Shown: in pieces, positions 45,803-57,381 of the stretch
Layout: the number at the start of each line of letters is the position of its first letter
How positions within the stretch are numbered: the stretch's first letter is position 1
Assembly (NCBI GenBank): GCA_964019425.1
Contig: OZ025786.1
Coordinates: 1,364,001-1,428,000 of the forward strand
Source: Flectonema sp. DT1601
Taxonomy: Eukaryota
Direction of reading: 5' to 3'
Length of the DNA: 64,000 nucleotides
Program-made: the position numbers and the translations under genes
Notes under the pieces: generated by a model
Database searches by the model: none
What the model was told of the DNA's origin: nothing
The model's input: the letters and a program-made list of their open reading frames with translations, nothing else

Positions 45803-47158
45803 GGGAAAAACTATAATTCCACAAAAAAGTTTCTGAAATGTCCGATCTCAACATGAAAGTTTCCGAAATGGACAGCTCCACACAAAAAAGTTTCCGAAAT
45901 GGACAGCTCCACACACGAAAGTTTCCGAAATGGACAGCTGTTTTTTTTTTTTTTTATAGCTTACTGCCAGTGCATTTCGGGGTCGCCCAAAGTCATGGGG
46001 ATTTTTTTTTCTCCCAAAAAAAATTTTTTTTCCTACATAAGGCAAGGCCATCCGACGAGATGAGTGAAATACACCGAACCTGTGTGACCTGGGCCTAGGA
46101 CTGACTGCGCCCCTGGATCGGCATAGCTCGGTATGTGCAGGGCCAGGTATAGGGATGGACGAATTTCGGGTAGAGACACTTGTCCCGACTTGTCAGCTCA
46201 TACAACCATGAGAATATTAAAATACTAGAGGTGCATCACAAGCGTCAGATAGGAGACAAGAGAAATCCAACATCATGAATCTTTAGAAGAGTGATACAGC
46301 TCGGTATGTGTGCAGGGCCGGGTCACCTACGCAGAGACAAGTCTCCGCTACACGTCGTACCAACCAAGATGAGGTATGAGAGCGCAAAAACCAAGTATAC
46401 ATGATCAGCGGCCTAGGGCTTGACATGAATAGCTGTGGAGTGGCGAAACCATTTAGTGTTCTCAAGTCTGAGATCACCTCACTGAGCCACACAGTACTGT
46501 CCTTTCGGAGTTTCTGTGAAAGTAGCCCACGGAACACTTTTCTAAAGATTCAATCAGCCGAACTACTCCGCTACTGACTTTCACTTGATTAGCGAGCTAC
46601 TAGTATATATTATTATGTCACCTGTTGAAGGAGTACTAAGAGGTTGATTCAGGCCCTGCACGTATTAGTTGTAATTACAGCACTTGCTTTACCTTAAATT
46701 ACTCCTTCCCTCATTGAGAACCAACCCATCTCGGCCATCCCGGTGTATTTGGGAACGAAGAAAAACCTTGTTTTCTTACCGAACAGCGAAAAATCCGAAT
46801 ATCACTTTCAGTGAATAGCGAAAGAAAAACTTTTCCGTTTACTGAACAGCGAAAATGAAATTACCTACCATAGCAATTTTATACAGGAAAAAAAAAGTTG
46901 TTCACTAGCGAAAAGTTTTTTTGGGTGCAGGCAACGGAGAAAAAAAAAAAAAAAATTCATTTTGCCAACAAAAAAAAAAAAATTTTTTTTTGCTGTCCAT
47001 TTCGGAAACTTTCGTGTGTGGAGCTGTCCATTTCGGAAACTATTTTGTGTGGAGCTGTCCATTTCGGAAACTATTTTGTGTGGAGCTGTCCGTTTCGGAA
47101 ACTTTCATGTTGAGATCGGACATTTCAGTAACATTTACGTGGAATTAGAGGTTTTCCC
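45803..47158. mobile_element. Non-autonomous MULE/foldback-like element, copy 2
   Basis: Near-identical to 5318-6680; flanked by T runs compatible with a 9-bp TSD. Confidence 0.88.
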
Positions 47159-47746
47159 TTTTTTTTTTAAAATAATCTCATATACCTAACCTTTTCTTAG
47201 TAATAATAAATTCGCGGCAACACACTACATTGCAAAGGTACTCGTTTGGTACTTCTTTCCTAGCCAACCAAAGCATTGTTGAGTGTTTTATCGGAATTAG
47301 GCTTATTTCCGCACATTTATTTTTATGATCGTTTTTTTTTTTTTTTTTTTTTGCCTAACAATTAATACCTTTTATTTTTATTCTTCGCGTTCCCCATTTC
47401 TATGGACTTGCCCTGTTTTAACGTATTTTATTTTATTTATTGAAATTTATATTTTTTTTTGACTTTTGCTGCCCCATCTCAGCAATTTGGAATTCCCGTA
47501 AACTAAATAGGGAATAATGGATTGTGTTACTTTCAATTGTTTGAAATATTTGTTTCCCACCCGTTTTTTATTTAGCCAGTTTTTTTCAAGTTTGCTTTAT
47601 ATTTTAATTATAGTATCAAGTTTCTACTCCCCTTTTTTAGGTGACTAACACGATGGAAAAAAGCATAGTTTAGTAACTTCAATTTGATTATGTATTTTTT
47701 GATAATTTTTTTTTTTTTTTGCTTCCTCCCAAAACAGCCTTTAGCA

Positions 47747-49626
47747 ATGCCATCGACAGCACCTCCACCACTACCGTCACCCACTCCTCGGATGACTATA
47801 TCTGGTGATGGTCTATTAACAGGAAGACGATCAATTATCCCACAGGCTGGAGGAGGTGATGAGTTCACTCCGAGAGGAAGGAGGAGTTTAGTACCGAGGA
47901 TGTCTACAATGCCTTCAGCTCCAAATAAATTACAGCAACAAGTTCCACAGATAAGTGTAACTGAATACCAGGCTGTGAAAGCTGAAAGTAACCGTCTCAG
48001 AATTCAACTTGAGCAAAGCACTGAGAAACTTGAAGAAGAGAGAACTCATCGTCAGAGAAAGGAAGATGAGTGTATTGTTGCTTCCAGAAAGATTAGTGAC
48101 TACGAAATGAAGTTGAGTAAGTTTCAAAAATTGTTTGGAAAACACGAACGTAAGGAGAAGCGAACTGAAGACCAACAACAAGAATTTCATAAAATACTTG
48201 AAGAAATGCAAACTACGTACACAGAAACCCTTACCACGACAACGTGTGACCTTGAACAAAGACTACGTGAACGTGAAGAAGAACTCCGACTCTACAGAGA
48301 CGATGCGAATGAAAGAGTCGAAACGCTGGCAATCCAATTGAGTGAAACAACTGAGCAGCTGACTCTTAAAATGGAGCAACTCGATCAAAATAACGCCGAG
48401 CTTCAGCAACTCCATGAAAAAACAGACGAACTCCGCAGCTACAGAACCGATGCATCCAATCACATTGAACAGTTAACAAATCAACTTAACGACACGGCTG
48501 AGAAATTAGCTCATAAAACATCTCAACATGCAAAAGATAAGAAGGATTCCCACCATCAGCACGAGTCTCATAAAAAAGAAATGAGCGTATTAAAGCAACA
48601 GCTAGTGACCCTACAGACTTCTCTAAAGGTTAAACATGACGAAATGCATGATGCAGAATCTTACATGAATTCTTTAAAATTACAAGTTGAAGAATCGACG
48701 GATGACATTACCCGCATGAGATCACAAATAGAAGGTCTTCGTTCAGAAGAAACAGATCACGAACGTGAGATTATCGATACCAAGACATCATTCGAAGCCA
48801 ACGTAGAAGCTTTAAAAGACGATTTGAAAGACTCAAAACGTCGTAATGGAAAACATGAGAAAGATATTACAAAATACAAAAATCAAATTCTTCAGGCGAA
48901 TTCAAAACTTGAACAAGCCTCAAACGAGATGGATTGCTTAGAAGAAAAGGTAACCGACCTCGACTACAAAGTCAGAGTTGAAGAGCACAAAGCTAAGAAG
49001 GAATCACTTGTAGCCGACAGGCTCAGAGACAAGCTTAAGTTAAAGCAATCTGACGTAGACGCATTAAAGAAATCAAAGAAGGACCTCGTAAAACAAGCAA
49101 ACGAACGAATCGACGATCTCAACAATGAAGTTAAAAGACTTCAGAATGTTGCTAACGACTACCGTGGACAGTATGAAATCATTAGATCAAGACTGGAACG
49201 TAGGAATGTGAGAAATGGAATTCGTGATAGAGACGAAGAACATCTACGAGCCAGCATTCCTGTACGAAGATCAATAGCAGTCGCTAACATGGAAGAGGAT
49301 GATGATGCTGCTTCGTCAGTCCATGAAATACCAACACAGCAACAGTCTGCTGTGTATCCAACTCTCTCTTCTGAACAGCCACAAGACGAATCAATGAATG
49401 ACACATCAGCTTCAAACCAAAACAACGATCTCTTCAATATGGAATACAAAACTCTACAAAACGCTGCCAAGAGTCTTGGGCTTAAGGTATGTTGTTGTGA
49501 ACTGTTATGACTGTTTTTTTTTATGACACAAAAAAAAAAAAAAAAAAAAAAAAAAACTCAAAACAGCAAAACGGAACAAAAAATGATCTGATTGAGAGAA
49601 TTCAAACGGCTGGAGCACAATTGTAA
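47747..49626 (+). CDS. Long coiled-coil protein with a C-terminal SAP domain; exons 47747-49486 and 49567-49626
   Basis: The splice gives LFNMEYKTLQNAAKSLGLK|QNGTKNDLIERI, a SAP consensus. Confidence 0.85.
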
Positions 49627-50450
49627 AAAAAAAAAAAAAAAATGGAGAATACTCACCAGTTCAGAGTTTACATCTAATTTGTGAAGTGTTTTCCGTTACT
49701 CCCATTACATAGATTCATAGAGACGGGTGCTTGTGCACTTTCCCATTTTTGTTCATCCCTCAAAATCCATTCATTCCTTTAGTAGGAGGTTTGTTCACTT
49801 TCTATTATTTTTATTTTTTAAACCGTGTTTCTAACATGTGATATTTTTCTAGCTTTCACAACGTTATCAGATAACGGTTTCAGTGCAAACAGCAAAAATC
49901 CTTTTTGTATTCCTTCTAGCCCTCACAAGTCGGACTGGAGTTATGGTTTCTTCTTTCTTGCACAAGTAAAAAATTAAAAAAAATAAAATAAAATGTTGTC
50001 CACTTTGAAAAACGACTTCTTCCAGTTTCACATTCTTGTTTTCCTTCTTTTTGTTAATTCTTTTTGATTGTATGTGACTATTGAAAAGACAATTAGATGT
50101 TAATGCTAGAGGAGAACAAAATTTTTTCGAAAAAAAAAAAAAAAAAAAAAAAAACTCATTTCAGCCTTCCTGAGGGATTATTATTATTAGAATTTATTTC
50201 TCATTTGCTCTTTTTTTTTTTTGTTTTTTTTTTCTCACCCCCGTTGTTAAAAAAAAAAAAAATTTAGAATTTTTTATCCTTACTGTATTTATTTATGTTT
50301 GATTATGAAAAATACTGATGATGATAAATAAATTATTTTTTTAAACTACAGAACAAGATGGATCCTTTAGTCAGTTTTTGAATTACTTTATATTTGATTT
50401 ATACGTTGTTAAAAAAATACATCCTTCAATAAAGACAAGACAAAAAGAGA

Positions 50451-50990
50451 ATGGCCGGACAAATATCTTCTGTTGATAAAAATGAATTTATAAAAACACT
50501 AACGACTGATATGCAAGCAGCATCTGTATGTGATCCGTATGACTGGTTGGAGTCGTGGTTGTTGCGAAAAAGAGATGAGGCAGAGTCGGAATGGAAGGCA
50601 GCGACGGCAACTGATGCGAAAACCTTTTGGTACAACAATAAGGGTGATAAGACGTGGATAAAACCAAATGGGGTGAAGGGATTAACTTGGGAAAAGCATG
50701 AAAGAGATGGGAAAACATTTTGGTACAACCCAAAAACAAAGGAAAAGACTTGGTTTGATCCCAACGGTCCTCACCAATCTCTTCTAATCACAGCTGAAGA
50801 CTATGAACTACTGCAACATGGATGGGTCACATACCGTAGTAGTGGTAAGGTTTGGTACTACAATAAACTAACAAAGAAGAAACAGTGGCACAAACCAACC
50901 GTAGTTTCAGATCACACCGGAACGTCTCTCGCTCTTGGAATACTCGCTGCTGCTACCGTCGCAGTGGTAGCATTTAGAAAGAGTTCCTAG
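50451..50990 (+). CDS. WW-like repeat protein with a C-terminal transmembrane (tail) anchor
   Basis: Three W...(F/W)YN...(T/Q)WxxP repeats; hydrophobic LALGILAAATVAVVAF followed by RK. Confidence 0.8.
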   Translation: MAGQISSVDKNEFIKTLTTDMQAASVCDPYDWLESWLLRKRDEAESEWKAATATDAKTFWYNNKGDKTWIKPNGVKGLTWEKHERDGKTFWYNPKTKEKTWFDPNGPHQSLLITAEDYELLQHGWVTYRSSGKVWYYNKLTKKKQWHKPTVVSDHTGTSLALGILAAATVAVVAFRKSS

Positions 50991-51004
50991 TTAGTTAGTT
51001 GGTT

Positions 51005-51040
<36 letters not shown>

Positions 51041-51043
<3 letters not shown>

Positions 51044-51160
51044 ACCGACGAAGTCGGAGAAGAAACTGTTCAGATTAAGAGCTGTTTTATTATCTATTTT
51101 CCCGATGTCGCTACTAATACTGTCTGCGATCAACATAAAAATATGAGGCTTTTTATCTTA
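51041..51160 (+). mobile_element. Solo A+B terminal-repeat derivative of the YR retrotransposon
   Basis: TGCACCGACGAAGTCGGAGAAGAAACT.TTCAGATTAAGAGC...CTGCGATCAAC matches 15536-15660. Confidence 0.85.
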
Positions 51161-51540
51161 GTAGCTGTAGTTGATTGTTTTGTTTTTTTTCTCGATTTTT
51201 TTAAAAAAAAACGTTTGTCTTGCATTCGAAAATGCAAGAAATAAAAAAATATAAAAATAAAACTCCTTTTTTTTTCACCCCCCTTTAATTATACGTAATT
51301 TTTCTTTGATTAACAACTACAAATATCCAGTCAAGTACTTGATATTAATTTTGTTTTTAATACCTAAAGTTACTGTTTTTACATTGTCAAAGCTTCATTA
51401 TGAATACAAACAAACTGTTCTTACCCATCTGTGTGTGGTTTACTGAGCTGATGTGTCTGTTTCATTACCTCAGAAGTAGCCATCGTTTTGTTTCGCATCC
51501 CGAGAGCGTAGCTCAATATATCCCCCCCCTTTCTTTTTTT

Positions 51541-51672
51541 GTACCAAAGTAGTCGGAGGAGAAATAATTCAGATCAAAAAAGCCGTTATTTCTTATGGGT
51601 CATGATTTTCTTTCCCCCGTGAGACAGGAGCTTCTGTCGTTTAACGAAATATAAGGCATAAATCCGAATGAT
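51541..51672 (+). mobile_element. Older, diverged solo A+B derivative
   Basis: AGTCGGAG.AGAAA..ATTCAGAT...AGCCGTTATTT...AAATATAAGGC...GAATG colinear with 15536-15666. Confidence 0.65.
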
Positions 51673-51985
51673 TTTTTTCTTGGATATATTCTTTAGTCGA
51701 AGTCAAGTTCGATTCCCGTCGGAACAAATTTCTTTTTTTTTTTGATTTTGAAAAATTCGTAGCTTACAAACCGACGACAACAACAACAACAACAACAACA
51801 AAACAATTAATCCCTTTTGTTTAGTTAGAAAGAAGAAGTTAAAAGATCTTACAATGTAGTAGAAACCTGGTTATGAAATACTTATCTGATCCTCTAAGGC
51901 TCCTCTCTATTCACAGTAGTCTACATAAGATGACATTGGTGTGTGTTTTTTTTATGAATTTTTTTTTTCACAGTCTGAACCTAAA

Positions 51986-53120
51986 ATGAATTACCAAGCT
52001 GAACCTCCAGTCATGCCTGAGGCAGAAGGAAGCAGGTTTGAACCCGGTCTGGTGGGAGCTCCACCAAAAATGGCTTTAGAAACAGAGAATTCATTAACCC
52101 TGAGACTACGAGGATTACCTTATAAAGCAAGTCAATCAGAGATCGAGGAATGGTTAAGAGGAGGAGGAGTTAATGTATCACCTGGTACTGTTGTAATTCA
52201 GTATGGAACTGATGGAAGACCATCTGGACAAGCATTCGCTGAGGCACAGTCACAAGATGATATCGAATTAGCAATGTCTATGAGTGGACAACACATGGGT
52301 AGTCGATACATTGAAGTGTACACAATCACAGGATCTGCATCTGAGGCTGCACAGTCACAGGCAAACCTTCCTCGTCCTAACAGAAATTTTGCTGTTCCGT
52401 TTAACGAGGACTGCGTCGTACGACTTAGAGGTCTTCCCTTCTCAGCTACTGAGCAGGATATTGCTAATTTCCTTGTTGGTATTAGCATCTGTCAACAGGG
52501 AATTCATTTGGTTTTTAATCATCAAAACAGACCTTCTGGAGAAGCATACGTAGAGCTCCAGGTGTGTGAATTAAACTATAGATACGATTGGTGATAGTGT
52601 TCAAATGGGAATAATAAAATAAAAAAATCAAAACAGTCACAAATAGACGTCGATGAATCCATTAGAAGAGACCACAAGAGATTGGGAGAACGTTACATTG
52701 AAGTCTTCAGAAGTAGTTTTGATGAAATGCACGGTAAACATAACAAACCAGAAAGATCAAGTGTTAGAGGCTACGACATTCCAATGGGTGGAGATCGCTT
52801 CTCACCATATGGAGGTGGTAAGGGGTACAAGGGAGGTGGCAAGGGATACAGTGGAGGCGACAGGTATGCACAATCCTTCGAATAAAAAAAATAAATTGAC
52901 AGCCTTACATCAACAAACCAAACACAGATTTGGAAGATACGAAGCTCCGTATGGTAAAGGAGGAGGAAAGGGAAAGGGAGGCTACGATCGTCATGAGAGA
53001 TTCGATCGTTTTCAACGCCCAGGTGATAATTACGGAGGATATGGACCTCCAGACAGATATGTCCCAAATGACAGGTATGGTGGTAGTGATGTTGGTGGTG
53101 GTGGAAGTAGATATCGTTAG
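51986..53120 (+). CDS. hnRNP H/F-like RNA-binding protein (two qRRMs plus a Gly/Tyr/Arg-rich tail); exons 51986-52561, 52637-52863, 52928-53120
   Basis: LRLRGLPY, GRPSGQAF, MGSRYIEV, VRLRGLPF, RPSGEAYV, LGERYIEVF. Confidence 0.9.
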
Positions 53121-53167
53121 TCTTGAGAAGATTCCGTACTGACAAAAGGTGTATGAAAATAATATAT

Positions 53168-55037
53168 TAGTCATTCCAAAAATAACCGGCCGCGAAAACC
53201 AGTTTTGCTTCGAGCAGCCATTGGTCAAAAATGCATCCATTTTCGAGATTTTTTACGAGGTGGAAAGGTTCGGCCCCAATCTCTCATTTTACGCGGTGGG
53301 ATTATTTTTTTTTCACTTTTTTTACTGACCGTTAGAACCCGACAGGTGCGTTATGGGTACTAAGAGAATGTCACTGTCGGCATGGAAAAGTTAATCCTGT
53401 TGCTGCATTTAATTTTTTTCTGGAAAAAAAAGGGAAATGCATCAGAGATTGGCATTTTTTCTCGTAACTACACTTATTATTCCCTTAAGCACCAGCTTAA
53501 ACTTCTCTCAATGAAGTGCCACACGTGCCACGAGATGCCAGCTGAGTGCTCCTCAGACAACTACAACTGCACCTCGCACGCTAACGCGAAAAGACGGAAT
53601 CCGAAGTTCAACAAGCTTCTTGAGCCACTTCGCGGTAGTCTTGAAATCCCAGCGTATGCTCCTCTGCGCTCAATCTGCAACGCTTGCTACCAGCGAGCAA
53701 AAAGGCTGACTAGTGATCCGCATTACGCATCCGTCAGTATCCCTGCAGAGCCGATCAATCCGGAACCGCTCTCCGATATTTTTGAACGCGTGAAAGAATC
53801 AGTTCCTGCTGTCCGTTCTCAGTTTTTGAGACTCTGTCTCACGCTAGGCTACACTGATAGCCAGATTAATGCCCATGTCAGGGATTCTTCAATGCGTAAG
53901 CAGCTACAGAGGCTGGAACAGCACGATCCCTCCCAATCAGTAAAGCAGCGCAGCCAAGACAGAGATATCTGGAACTTCTGGATTTCCAATGCACGCCCTG
54001 AGTCAAACCGCGTGGTCCTCAGCAAAGACTACATAACCGGCGAGACAAGTAAAGAGACAGTCCTCTATGTAAGAGAACCATACCTTGCCTTGTGGAGTGC
54101 CTTCTGCAGAACTCACACAGCTATCTCATATCCTCAGTTTTGTGACAAAAGGCCTGCTCATGTCAAATCTTGTCCGAATAACCCTCGATGCCGTTGCAGG
54201 TGGCACATGCAAATTGCACTTATCCTTCCTGCTTATATAAGACTTGTGGGCCTGAGAAGATTTCAGCTAACCCGCTTGAGTGACCACCTACCACTCATAC
54301 TATGTCGAGACCCGTCTTACAACTGCTTCTTTGGCCACTGCAACCAATGCAGGCCGTTGAACTTATTCTATCTCAAGGCGTTAAAATCCTGCTGGCTGCT
54401 TTGTACCGATTGATGAAGATGATCCAAATGTGGGGGTTGGTGCGAGCCAACTTTCACCTGCTACCAACACTGAGAGTGAGTCTATTTCAGAAATAACTGA
54501 ACTCACCTCAGATTCCGGTGAGTCTTCTACTGGCTCTTGCTCTGTTAGTGAATCTAGTTCTAGTTCCAGTTTCAGATCGCTGCGTTCAACTAGTTCTATT
54601 ATCGGTTCATTGCCGGTAGGAAAACGAAGAAAGCCAGCAGTAAAAGTTGCCAAAAGAGCTAAGCCTAATCAAAAATAAAAATAGGCTAAGTGTAGTGTAA
54701 GATGTACAAGGTACTGTTTTGCTTCGAGCAGCCTTTGTAACTGTTTCAGAGTAAAACATCCGACCAGGTACGGCCGGATATAGAACCATATACCGATCTT
54801 TCATTTTAGCACCCGGGGCAGCCGATTAGACATCAACAGTTCCATTATTCAAAATTTTCACCACACAAAAATGTCACAATTTTTTTGAATTTTAGTTGCA
54901 TTTTTTTGAATCGCAGCGGGAATGAAATCAGCGGTGCAAAAGCGATTAAAATGGGTATTCGGTTTTAAGTTTTACTCCCTATTTTCACCTATGAAATACT
55001 GGAACCCTAAAATGGACGGTTATTTTTGGAATGACTA
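53168..55037 (+). mobile_element. Internally deleted TIR DNA transposon (Sola2-like, tentative)
   Basis: TIR TAGTCATTCCAAAAATAA / TTATTTTTGGAATGACTA; flanks read as a 4-bp TSD ATAT (boundary ambiguous in the AT run); internal transposase-like ORF. Confidence 0.8.
53511..54413 (+). pseudogene. N-terminal half of a transposase-like protein; no DDE/DDD core visible
   Basis: LWSAF...ISYPQFCDKRPAHV...CRCRWH and LC...CFFGHCNQC resemble the pre-catalytic region of Sola2-type transposases as recalled. Confidence 0.55.
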
Positions 55038-55610
55038 ATATATTTTTTTTAAAATTTTTTTTAATTGATGCTCTGGAGTGTTTTCAACAAATAAAATAAC
55101 AACTTGTTGCCAACTAACTGAATCTACTTTTAGAATTCAAAGTAAAGAAACAGCTTCGATAAACAACAATGGGAGGGAGGGATGGGAAGATTGCTTTTGG
55201 TTTTCAGGGCATCAACACTTCTCGGGTTAGGTTTATTGGGTCAAAAACTGTTTTTTTGCAAACCAGTCAAAAATGTCATCGAAAATGTTTCATTTTCTAA
55301 GGGGAGGTATGAGTAGCTGTAGAGAAGGGTGGGGGGGAATTAAAATACCTACCTGGAGGGAGTGGCGGGTCGGTGGGTGTTGCGAAGCTTCTTTGGTTTT
55401 GGGGATGGCAACATGGGAAAAAGGGTTTGGGATGGGCGGAAACCATCTCCCTAAACCCACCCTGTCAATACCCCTTCCTACGAGGATCCAATTACAACAG
55501 ACACACAACACTATGGTAGATACAACTGTAGATGACATGATGACATTACAGTCTTTAATTTTATTAAATTCGATTACTCTGACAAACTCTCCATTCAGAT
55601 ATCAAATAAT

Positions 55611-57101
55611 ATGATCAGAAGATATCTGACTTCTACTGTTGGGATCAGATGGATATCAAATGGTGGTCTTGATCTCTCTGAAGAAGAATTATTTCATAGA
55701 AAAACAGAAGCAAAATACGAAGCTTCCGAAGACGCTACCGACAGAGAACACCGAGAGCAAGCAATACGAGACGCTGCAAGGAAGGATCCTATTAATGAGA
55801 ATCAAGGAAGCAGAGCTGGTGTTAATTTTGTTAGAAACGAATCGACTAAAATGAATGAGAATTCAGTTTTGTGTCCGGAAAATGAAAGTTTAGTTAAAAC
55901 ACTAAAAGAGTATGCTGACCTTCAAAGACGAAGAGGAAACATTGAACTCTACGAGGGATACGTTCTACCTGCCGGAGGAATCATCGACATCATTCGTAAA
56001 CAGGTCGCTCCTGTGACTCCAGAAGGTAAGGGGCTTAGATTACGATTTGTACCAAATGCCTGCAGGCAAGACTACAGTCAACGTCTTAAAGATTTAAAAA
56101 GGATCGGCTACCTCACTGACCTCGATGAAGACCCAGCAATCACATCCAGAAAATTATTTCAATCGATACCTGGTCTAATGCATAAAGCTGATGAGTTTGT
56201 AATGAGAGGATATCGGACACTTGATGACCTCCTCTCATCACCAGAAGCAAAGGATTGGTCTCCACAACAACATCGAGAAGTAAAATATTTCGAGCATTTT
56301 CGAAGTCGTGTTCAATGTCAAGAATCGGTTTTGATGTACTTACTTCTCCAGGATCATCTTCATGAATTTGATCGCGATATCCAATTTTCTGAAACTGGTT
56401 CAGTCCGTCGTCGAGAGCTTTGGGCTCGTGAGCAAGACATAAGATTCATCTTAACTAAGGAAGGAATTTCATCAGAAAACGGAATGCACCATTTACAAAA
56501 AGTCGTAAACCATTTACTACTATCCGTCAATGGAGGACAAGATTGGGAAATATGGCATCAAGGTCATAACTCGGTAATCCTGAAAGCTCGAATTCCAACT
56601 ATTTTTGCAGAAACTCGATGGAGAAAATTATATCTTCGATGGGTTGACTACAGTGAATGGGTTCCTCAGTTGTTAGAAACCACTGGTCACAGCGTTTTTA
56701 TTGAACGATTCACCGACAGAGTAAAAGAGAAAAACTGGAACATCACACCAACAGCAATATACAGTCCAAGTAACGACCTGCAGGTTTTTAAAAGTGAAGA
56801 AGACCTATTCAAAGCTGTAGGTGAGCCTTACATCCCTCCTTGGGACAGAACTGAACAAGGACCCCAATTAAACAGACGTAACAATGATTATTCATTTATT
56901 GCTGGGGAATACCGAGAGAAGCCCCGTGCTCACCGAGCCAAATCTTATCGAGGTCGTAGATTAACTTACCATGAGTTGCTGCAGAAGAAGGAATCAGCTT
57001 CAAGTAGCCCAGCTGTTAAACAGGATTTCGATTTTAAGTATTCTCTTTTTAAAGATGGTTTCAGCTCGTCAGATATGAAAAATCGAGTTGATGATTCGTA
57101 G
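55611..57101 (+). CDS. DNA polymerase X (Pol beta-like) family protein with a degenerate active site and a possible mitochondrial presequence
   Basis: LFQSIPG, GYRTLDDL, GSVRR, TGH..F, SEEDLFKAVGEPYIPPWDR; N-terminus MIRRYLTSTVGIRWIS. Confidence 0.85.
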   Translation: MIRRYLTSTVGIRWISNGGLDLSEEELFHRKTEAKYEASEDATDREHREQAIRDAARKDPINENQGSRAGVNFVRNESTKMNENSVLCPENESLVKTLKEYADLQRRRGNIELYEGYVLPAGGIIDIIRKQVAPVTPEGKGLRLRFVPNACRQDYSQRLKDLKRIGYLTDLDEDPAITSRKLFQSIPGLMHKADEFVMRGYRTLDDLLSSPEAKDWSPQQHREVKYFEHFRSRVQCQESVLMYLLLQDHLHEFDRDIQFSETGSVRRRELWAREQDIRFILTKEGISSENGMHHLQKVVNHLLLSVNGGQDWEIWHQGHNSVILKARIPTIFAETRWRKLYLRWVDYSEWVPQLLETTGHSVFIERFTDRVKEKNWNITPTAIYSPSNDLQVFKSEEDLFKAVGEPYIPPWDRTEQGPQLNRRNNDYSFIAGEYREKPRAHRAKSYRGRRLTYHELLQKKESASSSPAVKQDFDFKYSLFKDGFSSSDMKNRVDDS

Positions 57102-57381
57102 CGGTCAAATACAACGGAAAAAGGTGATCTAACGTGAATCTACTGGTTCTTAATCACACTTAACCCACCTCTTTTCTTTATATTGTACTTGTGAAAACTT
57201 GTTTGGAGTCAGGAAAAAAAAAAAAAAAAAAACGGAAATGGTACATCGTACCCTCAACAAAGCCATATGTTTTATTTATTTGCAAGCAGAGTCGTTGCGT
57301 AAAGCAACTGACAACCAAAGATAATCCAACACTATGTAATTATTCAACAAGGGGGGGGGGTTACGTATTAAAGAAAAAAAA

